Assembly (NCBI GenBank): GCA_963734545.1
Contig: CAVTHO010000001.1
Location: forward strand, 1-64,000
Direction of reading: 5' to 3'
From: an uncultured Spirochaetota bacterium
GTDB lineage: Bacteria; Spirochaetota; Spirochaetia; SZUA-6; Fen-1364
DNA length: 64,000 bases
How positions within the stretch are numbered: position 1 is the first letter of the stretch; every line of letters begins with the position of its first letter. Position numbers and translations under genes: made by a program. The notes under the pieces are model-generated. The model made no database searches and had not been told where the DNA came from. It saw nothing but the letters and a program-made list of their open reading frames with translations. This document shows, one piece after another, positions 11,683-21,475 of this stretch.

Positions 11683-11843
11683 GACTCCTCCTCAGAAAAT
11701 CCCTCTCTGATTTCCCCTTTTCCGCGCCGGTCCAGCTGGGATGGGAAAAGCCTCAAGGCACGCACGTTCCGCCATGATGGTGACGGATCCTCAGTGTCCC
11801 TGCTCCTTTCCTGCTCGTCCTCCTTTCGGCCCTCCTCTCACTC

Positions 11844-12484
11844 TCACGGGGCATTCAGGTACTTGTAGAGCTTCTCGCCCTTCAGCACCTTTTCCAGGTC
11901 GAAGCTCAGCGGACTCGATGACCTTCGTGACCTTCCGGGCTCACGTCCATCAGCTCGATCGTGTTGTTGATCGCGATGATTTTCACCTTGCCCTTTCCAT
12001 CCAGCACATCGCCGTACTTGATGTCCTTCTCGTCTCCATCGGGGTTGGTGTAGACCTGCCCTCCCAGGTAGGGACCGACGACGAGCTTGCCCTTATATTT
12101 CGGGTCAGGGGTGCTCGCCGATCCCTTCGGGAAAGCAACGACCTTCGGCTTGGTCTTCAGGCTATCCGACACTTTCTTGAGGAGCTCTCCCGAATCAGGT
12201 CCGTCGATTTCGTAGACCCTGTTCAGGTTGTCGGACGGCGACAGCTCGACCCAATCCCGGTCCACGTTGATCCGGATCTGAGCGCTGGAAGGGATCTTGT
12301 CGCCGACTTTGACCACGACGCGGTCCGCCGAACCCACGCGGCTGCTCACGTAGCCGGCGTCGGTTTCCGAATACAGCCCGACGACCGTGACGGTCCGCCC
12401 TTGCGCGCCGAGCGCGCCAGAGCCGACAACGGCCGCGAGGACGACGACGGCCGCAACGCTGAGATGTCTCAGATTCTTGCTCAT
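11844..12484 (-). CDS. Uncharacterised secreted protein, paralog 2 (frameshift near 3' end)
   Basis: Signal peptide MSKNLRHLSVAAVVVLAAVVGSGALGA; C-terminus EKLYKYLNAP* matches EKLYKYLNVH* of paralog 1. Confidence 0.8.
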
Positions 12485-12552
12485 ATCACAGATCTCCACT
12501 TTGAGTTTGACTCACGAAGCTGCCCAGCAGAGTCCAGAGCTACGCCTAGTGA

Positions 12553-12608
12553 AGCATACCGCGAAATCCTTTGTATTTAGACGAATCAGCTATTTTGTGC
12601 ACTTTTCA
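12553..12608 (-). promoter_or_regulatory. Conserved 33-bp site, copy 2, plus -10-like TATGCT
   Basis: TGAAAAGTGCACAAAATAGCTGATTCGTCTAAA followed 17 nt later by TATGCT. Confidence 0.7.
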
Positions 12609-12816
12609 GCTGCGGGGCCCGGGAGGAGCCTTCGTGGTAACTGTCCCGCCGTATCCGCGAGAAAAGAATCACAGGGAGCGGAAAAGACCTCTCCAGGCCC
12701 GCGCGTGAACAAAAAAGCCGTTCCGTGCAAAGACATCGCAGCCACAAAATTGAATACTACCGTGGGACGCTTTCAGGGCGGATCTGCCCGGCTTCAAGGA
12801 GACAGCAATTAGCAAC

Positions 12817-13165
12817 ATGAAGGTGGCTGCGAAGATCGGCATAGGATTCGCCGCTGTCATCGCGATCATGCTTGCCCTGGGTGGCCTGGCGTACATGAAT
12901 CTGCTCGGTGTCCAGGGCGATACGGGCGGATAGATCGAGAAACGGTCCTCAGGCTTCCGTCGCTTCGTCGATGGCGCGGTCGGCTGAGCTTGCGAGCGCC
13001 AGCTCCCAGGCCTTCGCGTTGACGCTGCAGCAGACCTCCTACGATCAGGCAAACACGTACCTCGGCGACCTGGGCAAGGAGATTGCGGACGCGCAATCCC
13101 TGTCAGCGAAATACCCTCGGTTGATCGCCCTGCGGAAGAACACCGGTATCGGGAGCGACAAGCTA
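12817..13165 (+). pseudogene. N-terminal remnant of an MCP-like chemoreceptor
   Basis: MKVAAKIGIGFAAVIAIMLALGGLAY N-terminal TM typical of MCPs; frame broken and cut at the IS91-like end. Confidence 0.55.
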
Positions 13166-13173
13166 ATGAAATG

Positions 13174-13236
13174 AATGATAGACAAATCGATTTTCTGTCG
13201 GCTGAATGAAATGATAGACAAATCGATTTTCTGTCG
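13174..13236. repeat. Tandem 27-bp identical repeat (period 36), putative duplicated oriIS end
   Basis: AATGATAGACAAATCGATTTTCTGTCG at 13174-13200 and 13210-13236; contains palindrome AAATCGATTT. Confidence 0.85.
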
Positions 13237-13579
13237 ACTGTGCGCCGTCAGGGTAAGCGCGCCACGAGCCGCCACCGGGGGTCCCAGCAGGGGTGATGGG
13301 AGTGCCCGGCGAGACGCGTTGAGCCAGGCCGGCCCCAGTTGATGGGTCGAGCCGTGTGGGTACGCACCATGTAAATAGCTTCTCTGCCAGGGAGGGCATG
13401 GTCCCTCCAGTGTCGGGGGGGGGGGGCATTGGGCAGGGTCTCAGTTCAGGGAGCTGGGATCAAGTCCCGGCGGTGCCCGGCCTATCTGATGAGGTGGCGT
13501 AGGATCGTACGCACCTCGGAAGGATCGGTGATGACCGCGATGAGCTTCATCTCGGATCCACACCGAGGAGCGTGCGGTC
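13174..13579 (-). mobile_element. IS91-family (Y2 rolling-circle) remnant: transposase C-terminus plus ori-side DNA
   Basis: 13441-13579(-) encodes PRCGSEMKLIAVITDPSEVRTILRHL...IGRAPPGLDPSSLN*; about 200 bp later ends in ...GATTTGTCTATC. Confidence 0.65.
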
Positions 13580-14690
13580 CATACTGCTACACCTCACATA
13601 GAGTTGATTTGGAAGGCTTAGAAAAGAGCGGGCTGGTCATCGTAACTTCTTTCGGGTAAATGAATTCTCCAGCTCACGCGCCTGCCGTTTCGTACTCGCG
13701 CTCCTTCAAGCTTTCCTGAGTTGAGCTTCTGCAATGCCCCTTGCTGGCTGATGCCCAGTGCGGCGGCCGCTGCCTTCAAGGACTTCCATCTGCTGTCCGC
13801 ATCCGTAGGCTTCGAGCTTCGCGATATCCGCATCCGTCACGACAATGCGCCACGGTGCATCCCGCGTCAACTGCGAACCGCGCAGCAGCCCGACTTCGAC
13901 CCAACGGATAGCGGTGCTGTGCGTCACTCCAAGAAGCTTGGCGGCCTGCTGAGCTGTGTAAACAGTGGGACCACTCTTCGGGACCCCGGGGCGGCGGGGA
14001 TCTCATGTCGGTTGCGGACGTTCGCCACGTGGTAGGCCCTGAAAGAATGGCCCTTAGGGGTTTTCAATCTCTTGCGGTACAAGATGCGCGCAATCTGTTC
14101 GTCGGAGAACTCTGCAGCAAGGGTCCGTATCAACTCCACGAGCTCGGGGGGCGAGACGTAACGGTGAATACCGCTCTTGCCCTTGGAGAGCTCGATGGTC
14201 GTTACCTCGCCTCCCTTCCAGTGCACCTTCGCCGTCAGGATCTCGGCTTCCCGAGGCGCGGTGACCGTGACGGCTTCCAGCAGACAGCGCGCGATGCGCT
14301 TGCGATCCTGGGCCCTGCTGGTCGGTGCCTCCCACAGTGCCGGGAGATTCGAGGCGTACAAGCGCAGCCGTTGTTGTTCGGCGACGCTGAGCGGCTTGTC
14401 CAGACCCGCAGTTTCCGCTGTGCCTCCGATTCGATTTGCTGCTGGTTTTTCAGCGCCTCTTCGAAGCGCCGCTCCAATTCTCGCGCCACCAGCCGATTCA
14501 CCGGGTCCACCGCCTCGTAGTGCCGCCGGGCCAGATGCGTCTCGTAGCGTGCACGTTCCACCTTCTGGCTCCAGTGCGTGCGCTCCACTTCGATGTCCTG
14601 CCCATACAGTTCGGCCGCTTTCAGCATCGCCTCCACCCCCAAAGGCGAGAGGCACTCGGCCGTCAGGCAGGCCATCCTCACCGTCTTCCA
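13580..14690 (-). mobile_element. C-terminal remnant of a large serine recombinase (y4bA-type IS-like element)
   Basis: ERARYETHLARRHYEAVDPVNRLVARELERRF, LPALWEAPTSRAQDRKRIARCLL, tandem HTHs; element end GAGGTGTAGCAGTATG; catalytic N-terminus absent. Confidence 0.75.
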
Positions 14691-14691
14691 G

Positions 14692-15059
14692 AAGCCGATG
14701 AAATGATCAAGTCTCTGGCCATCATGACCCCCAGCGCGAACGACCGGGCCAGCCAGCTCAGCGGAGGCAACCAGCAGAAGGTGATGCTGGCGTGATGGCT
14801 CGCCACCAATCCGATCGTTCTGATCCTGGACGAGCCTACTCGCGGAATCGATGTCGGAGCCAAGCTGGAGATCATGGAGCTGATCCTTTCCTTGAGCTCC
14901 CAGGGCATGGGCGTCATCTTCATTTCCTCCGAGTTCGAAGAAGTGATCCGATGCAGCAGCCGGATAGCGGTCCTGAAGGACAAGGCGAAAATCGCGGAAT
15001 TGGACGGGGAGCGTATGACCGAGGCCAGCATCATGCAGACCATCGCGGGAGGAAACTAG
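14692..15059 (+). pseudogene. C-terminal remnant of a YtfR-like ATPase with an in-frame TGA
   Basis: [35 protein letters not shown]; TGA at 14793-14795. Confidence 0.8.
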
Positions 15060-15060
15060 C

Positions 15061-16084
15061 GTGGTATCCTTGCAGTCCCTGAGACGCAGCAATATCATAT
15101 GGCCCCTGATGGGCCTGGGAGCTCTCCTGCTCTTCAACCTGTTCTTCACACCCCACTTCTTCCGCCTGGAGATCAAGGAAGGGCATCTGTTCGGCAACCT
15201 GATCGATATTCTGAAGAATGGCGCTCCGATCATGCTGCTGTCCATCGGGATGACGCTGGTCATCGCGACGCACGGAATCGATATTTCCGTCGGTTCCGTC
15301 GTTGCGATCGCTGCCGGTGCCGTCGCGATTCTCATCGGCGGGGACCTGACCGGCACCTCCGAAGTACCCCATCGCCGTGGCCATGATCGCGGCGCTGCTG
15401 GTATGCACCGTGTTGGGCATGTGGAACGGGATGCTGGTGTCACGGGTCCGCATGCAGCCCATCATCGCGACCCTGATCCTTTTTGTGGCCGGCCGCGGGA
15501 TCGCCATGCTGTTCACGAACTCGTTGCAGCTCTGGCTGTACGCAAAACCGTTCGCCATCCTGGGACAGGGCTATGTCCTGGGTCTGCCGTTTGACATCTA
15601 CATCGTGGCTTTCGTGCTGCTGGTGACCTTCATTTTCACCAGACGGACCGCGATTGGAATGTTCATCGAGGCGGTGGGAATCAACCCCACAGCGGCCCGG
15701 TTATCCGGAATCAACGCGAATAACATCCTCTTCTGGGTCTACACGTTCAGCGGGCTTTGCGCGGGAATCGCGGGACTCATCGTCTGTTCCACCGTCATGA
15801 ACGCTGACGGCAATAACGCGGGAAGACTCTTCGAGCTGGATGCCATTCTGGCAGTCGTGCTGGGCGGCACGTCCCTGAACGGCGGCAAGTTCTATCTCCT
15901 CGGGAGCATCGTGGGCGCGTTGATCATTCAGACACTGACGACAACCATCTACGCATTCGGCGTCCCCGCCGATGCTGCCCCGGTCGTCAAGGCGCTCGTC
16001 GTGTGGGCCTTCTGCCTGCTGCAGTCCCAGAGGTTCCGCGCGATGATCGGGCAGCTGTTCGTGAGAAGGGAGGCGTCGGTATGA
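15061..16084 (+). CDS. ytfT: Sugar ABC permease, YtfT-like (frameshift near 15365)
   Basis: GIDISVG, MQPIIATLILFVAGRG, ADGNNAG..ELDAILAVVLGG. Confidence 0.85.
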
Positions 16085-17104
16085 GAAGGGGACTCCTCGC
16101 CAGCTCCCGGAAATCTTCCCGTCCTGGTCACCCTCGTCCTGTTCTTTGCCATGTTCGGGCTGGGGTCGGCGGCCTTTCCCGGATTCTTCTCGGTTCAGAA
16201 CTTTCTCAACCTCTTCATCGACAACGCCTATCTCCTTATCCTTGCCGTGGGGATGACATTCGTCATCATTTCCGGAGGAATCGACCTGTCCGTTGGTTCG
16301 ATGCTCGCCCTGTCCGGGATGGTCTCCGCGAGCCTCCTGGAAAACGCTCACATGAGCCCCCTCTTCGTGATTCCGATCGTGCTCATCATGGGAATCGCGC
16401 TGGGAACGTTCATGGGATACCTGATCCAGACCTTCGATCTTCCGCCCTTCATCATCACTCTCGCCGGGCTGTACCTGGCACGAGGCCTGTGCTACGTCGT
16501 CAGCCTCTTTACGATCGCTGTCCAAAACCCTTTCTTCCAGGCCGTGGCGCACGCACAAGTCAATATTATCGGCAGCGATTTTCTTTCAGTGGGCGCGCTG
16601 ATCGCAATCGGCGTGGTCCTTGTCGGGTTCTTCATCGCTCGCTACACGAAGTTCGGCAGAACGGTATACGCGATCGGCGGCAGCGAGCAATCCGCCCTGC
16701 TGATGGGGCTTCCGGTGGCGCGCACCAAGATCGCGATCTACGCCCTGAGTGGCTTCTGCGCCGCGTTGGGCGGGATCGTGTTCACCTTCTACACGCTCTC
16801 GGGATACGGGTTGAACGGAAGCGGAATGGAGCTGGACACGATCGCGGCAGTGGTGATCGGCGGGACCCTGCTGACCGGCGGCGTGGGAAACCTGTTCGGC
16901 ACGGTGCTCGGCGTGCTGGTCTACGGGATCATCCAGGTCCTGATCGTCTTCCAGGGTACGCTCAACTCCTGGTGGACCAGGATCGTGATAGGTTTCCTTG
17001 TGTTCGTCTTCTGCCTGCTGCAGAGGCTTTTTGAGGCAAGAAAGGTCGTCAGGACCAACGAGAGCGTTTCCCGGCAAGCGGTGGAGGCATCGCCAGGAAA
17101 ATAA
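16081..17104 (+). CDS. yjfF: Sugar ABC permease, YjfF-like (frameshift near 16110)
   Basis: LFIDNAYL, SGGIDLSVGS, FGRTVYAIGGSEQSALLMGLPV, LNSWWTRI; ATGA overlap with upstream gene. Confidence 0.88.
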
Positions 17105-17111
17105 AGACCTC

Positions 17112-18947
17112 GTGAGCAAGCTCCTTCTCACGGTCATCCACCGGCCCGAGATGGTTCCGGAATACCTGGAAAAGGAAGCGGCTCAGGGGAAAACGGAAGA
17201 CATCGGCCGACAGAGCGTCATCAGCGCCTCACTCGACATCTTCAGGACGCAGCAGCGTATAGCCCACGAGAATGGTCTGAAGACGACCATCCAGATGACC
17301 TATGCGAGCCTGTTCAATGAAGAAGCGGTCGCCATTGCAAAGGAGCATCACCGCACGCACGGCGACGAGATCGGCCTGACGCTTCTGGGTCTGCCCTGCA
17401 GGGAGTTCCGGGAAAAGTACAAGACCAGGGATTTCTGCATCTGGCACTTCTCCATGGAAGACAAGCGGGAGATCGTCAACGACGTGTTCGGGAAATTCGA
17501 GGATGTCTTCGGGTTCCCGCCGCAGTCGACGGGTTCCTACTACATGGACGCGGAGCTTGTGATCTACATCAAGTCACGCTACCCCACTGTTGCCTGCGCC
17601 GTGGCCACCTGCTGGGAGGAAGGGCCCAAGGCGTACCATAACGCCAACAATTCCTGGTATACCCTGAATGATGGGGGGCCCTGGAACCCATGGATTCCCT
17701 CGCGGCACAATATCCATTGTCCGGCCTCGGGTTCGGAGGACGACGTGGGTATCGTCGCGATCCCGCATCTGTCCCGCGATCTTCTTGCCGTATTCGACGG
17801 GCCCGGCTCGTTCTATCGGACCCATCCCCAGAACGTGCTGCGCGGGATGGTCTACAAGGACGGGGCGTACCCTTATTTTTTCAACCTGATCGACCAGTAC
17901 CGATCACTCGATAAATACAACAACGGCTTCACATACAACATGGTCTTCGTGGGTCCGGGGGGGATGGATGAGCAAGCAGGGAAGGTGGGAGGCGCCCTAC
18001 GCGCTTCTGGAAAAGAGCTACAGCGACTGCATGGCCTACTACGGGCAGTTGAAACGCGAGGGACAGGCGGAGGACATGACCATGGCCGAGTTTGCCGGCT
18101 GGTTCCGCGGCCACAAGACCTACACCGAGCCGACCTGCGCGCTGTGGAAGGATATCCTCTACGGATCCCGCAAACAGATATTCTGGTATCTCGACCCCTA
18201 TATGAGGACCTGCGTGGACATGAACCAGGGAGGCGCCCTGGTCGATCTGCGGCCGTACGTCGCCAAGCTGGAGCGCCCGGTCGGCATCGGGACGGCGCAT
18301 ATCTGGGACTGTTCCTATCCCTACCTGGTCCAGGCATTTTACCGCGCAGGGTATTTCACCCACTATGCGGGAGAAGGATCGATCAAGAGCTGCAAAGTGA
18401 GTTACGCCGGGGAGGAGGTGGATCTCTGCCTGTGCCGCACCCGGGCGCGCTTCTCCCAGGAGGGCGGGAGCCGCGTCCTGACATTGGACCCCGTTGACAT
18501 CGAGTTCCGTGACCTGACCGTCTCGCTCGTCTCCACCATTTCATTTCCCGAGGATACAGGTGAGATAAGGTTCTCCCGAAGGATCATCAAGACGAGCAGG
18601 GAAGGCGCGGTCGTACGCGTGAACGACTATCTCACCGCCTGCCATGGGACCACGGAATATCCTGAGGACCTTACCGGGTGGTCCTGAGATGCGAGGGCAG
18701 GGAAGGGGCCAGGCAGATTCTGTACGCGTACGAATGTCAGGGAAGAGAGCATGCAAAACGTCACCAAAGTGGAAGCCCTGGTGCCGCAGGTGCAGACGAG
18801 GATCGCGGCAATTCCGTCAGCAATGGTGTGGAAGGCACCATTCGGGAGGGGTACGCGTTCTCCCCCATGTACACCCTGGGCCTTGCGAAGATGCTGCGGG
18901 AAAACGAGGAGCTGATAACATGCCTCAAGGTAGAAAAGGCAGATTGA
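17112..18947 (+). CDS. Uncharacterised cytoplasmic ~600-aa protein, possibly glycoside hydrolase/deacetylase-like barrel; frameshifted
   Basis: Stitched from ORFs 16998, 17968 and 18678; W/Y-rich, motifs GDEIGL, FGFPPQSTGSY, CWEEGP, GGPWNPWIP, THPQN; follows the permease by 7 nt. Confidence 0.7.
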
Positions 18948-19162
18948 ACTTTCGATGTCCCGCCTGCTTTGTGCGGGAAATCGACGTGGACATGTTCTAT
19001 GACTCCGAGAAAAAAGAGTACTACTGCCTGCGATGCCCTTTCACCGGCACCGAGGCGGAAGTGCTCGCCCTGAATGAAATGGCCAAGTTCAGGTACAAGA
19101 ACATCACGACCCGGATAATCGATTTCGGTCGTGACAATCAGTCGGCTCTGCGGTTGCGGTGA
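18920..19162 (+). CDS. Small Zn-ribbon protein (80 aa)
   Basis: MPQGRKGRLNFRCPAC...YYCLRC; GAGGAG RBS; overlaps upstream gene end. Confidence 0.7.
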   Translation: MPQGRKGRLNFRCPACFVREIDVDMFYDSEKKEYYCLRCPFTGTEAEVLALNEMAKFRYKNITTRIIDFGRDNQSALRLR

Positions 19163-21475
19163 TGGATCGTATCTCCGCGACCTGTTTCCCCTTGAGCTCC
19201 TGTTGAGCCGCCATCCCGGATTCGTGAACCACCAGAGTGCCTTCGCGGCGTGGAGTCACGTGGATGTAGAGGCCGGTTTCCTCGATCCGCGGTCTGAACC
19301 TTCGCAGGCCGATCTCCCAGGGCTCGCCGTTTGAAAAATCGTCCGCGATCAGCCGCCCATCGATGAAGGCGTTTCCGACATCCCCGTCGTATTCGATGGC
19401 AAGAAGATCTCTTTCTCTTCATCAAACGCGCCTGCCGGCACTCGGATTTCGGCGTTCCCCTTGCCGGACCTTGTCACCTCGATTTCGATGCGACGAGTCT
19501 GCAAGGCGATGGAATAACGGGAGAAATACCCTTCCGCGGCCGCCTGCAGACGAGTCTCGTCCGCGAACAGCGGCGTATCCACCCGGGGGAAAACGAGGAT
19601 CTCGAGGGGGGCCGCGGGGGAGCCTCGGTACGAGAGCTTGAGCGCTCCGTCACTCTCGTACGCGTCCGCCTGCGTGAGAATGGCTCTTTCCCTGCCCCAC
19701 AGCCGCAGCCGGGGAAAACCCGAGCGACTGCTTCTCGGTCAGGGTGTGGAATACTACCCTGGCGCCGGACAGGGTGGTGATTGAAAAGGCGGACTCGAGG
19801 CCGGTACCCGGACGCAGAATCACGGACTCTCCTGGACCCCGCCCGACTTCCCGGAGTCGACCGCCTGGATGTCCCTGAGGTCGAAGCGATACTCCGGCGG
19901 GATGCCCTCGTGCGCAAAGAAGAAAAAGTGGGTGGCGGACTGGAGTAGAATCCACCGGGGACGGTGGCGCAGCCTCGATCCTCGCAATGGGCTGGGCGGT
20001 GGCATATTCCAGGCGCACCCCACAGGCGTCCAGATTGAACGGCATGATCGCGCTGACGCCGCTTTTCAGCGTGAAGCGGCCCGTACCGGACGCGCATCCG
20101 GGCGCGCGTGAGCTGCAGCTCCACGGCCGCTCCCTCGTGCGCCCGGGTCCGGGCATGGTCCTGGTAGTTGTTGAAAAAAAGGAATCCCCGGTCGCTGGAA
20201 GAGCGCGCCGCGAATCGAAGCGCATCCGTGTCCTTTGGGTTGATCGACGCTGCCCCCTCGGGGAGCGCGGTGGAGTATGGCCGAAGCTGGTCGGCGAAGT
20301 CGCAGCAGAACAGATGCAGCCGCTGAGCCGGTGGTAGGATTCGCGGACCTGGCCGAATTCGCCCAATGGCGCCTGGAAATCGTAGAGAGATCCGCGTCAC
20401 GACGTGCTCGTTGAGGAAGCCCCGCGCGCCCACTGGATTGGTATCCCCCGTGAAACATGTAGTAGCCCAGGAGCTGTATTCCGCCGGCCAGCTTCACGAC
20501 GGCCATCGCCTCGATGCTTTCCGCGGGCGCGACGGCCCTGTAGCGGTACCAGGGTTGCATGCCGCCGCCTATTTCACAGCAGGCAAAGGGGTAGGCGGCC
20601 GGGTCATAGGGCGGATCGAACACGTCATAGCGCTGACCCTCGCCATGGAAATCGCGAAAGACATATTCCCTTGTCGGCGAATGGACCGGGGTTGACTCCG
20701 TGACGTTCCAGGGACACAGGGAGTACCCTCCATAGAGGGGCAGCACTTCACCCTCCAGCACGGGTGCGCCCCCCCAGCCCGTGCTCGTATAAATGGGAAC
20801 CTCGATCCCTGCCTCGCGGGCGAGCTTCTTCAGCGCGCGCATGTGCGCGACCCCGCCCGTCCCGCCGGGGATCCATTCCAGGCAGAGCCTCGGCGTTGTT
20901 TCCCACGGCGCCGAGGCGTGCATGAACGCGTTTTCGAGCTGAACGCCGATGATCGGGCCCCCGTCCTTGAAGTACAGGCCCTCGAGCCGGCGCCCGATCT
21001 CCGTGTAGAGCCTGCGGACGAGCGCGAGGTAACGCCCGTCATTGGAGCGCACGGCAAACGGCCGGCCGTACAGCCAGTCGGGAAAGCCGCCATTCCTGAC
21101 CTCGCCGTGGCAGAAGGGGCCGATACGCACGATCACGTACAGGCCGGCTTCCGCGCAGAGCTGGACGAAAAGCCGAAGGTCGCGGTCGCCGGACCAGTCG
21201 AATACGCCTTCTTCCTCTTCGTGATGGATCCAGAAGACGTAGGTGGACGCGATGTCGATGCCGCCCGCCTTCATCTTCCGCAGCTCATCCTTCCAGTCAC
21301 GCTGCGGGCAGCGGGCGTGGTGGATCTCTCCCGAGACCGCAAGCCAGGGCTTCCCGTTGAACGTCATGTACGCATTCGTGAATCCGATCGAGTCCCCGCG
21401 GGGATTCGACCCGCCCAGGCCGGGGAGGGCGGGCCGGATGCGCGGGGTCATCCCCCGGAGATCGATCTCATTCAT
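19104..21475 (-). CDS. GH35 beta-galactosidase; several frameshifts in the 3' half
   Basis: SGEIHHAR, TYVFWIHHEE, RIGPFCHGE, GGPIIGVQLENA, CCEIGGG, GYYMFHGG. Confidence 0.85.

Noticed and set aside
12740-12800. c-di-GMP-I riboswitch before the MCP remnant
   Set aside because: GTGGGACGC is present but the GGCAAAC/GAAA stem and the following AAAG are absent
13174-13236. CRISPR array
   Set aside because: Two units with a 9-nt gap; position fits an IS end
13415-13426. Poly-G phase-variation tract
   Set aside because: Lies in non-coding IS remnant DNA with no linked gene; homopolymer length is unreliable
14793-14795. Selenocysteine or recoded TGA
   Set aside because: The position is Arg in homologs (CGA to TGA) within a truncated gene; TGA is used as stop elsewhere in the window
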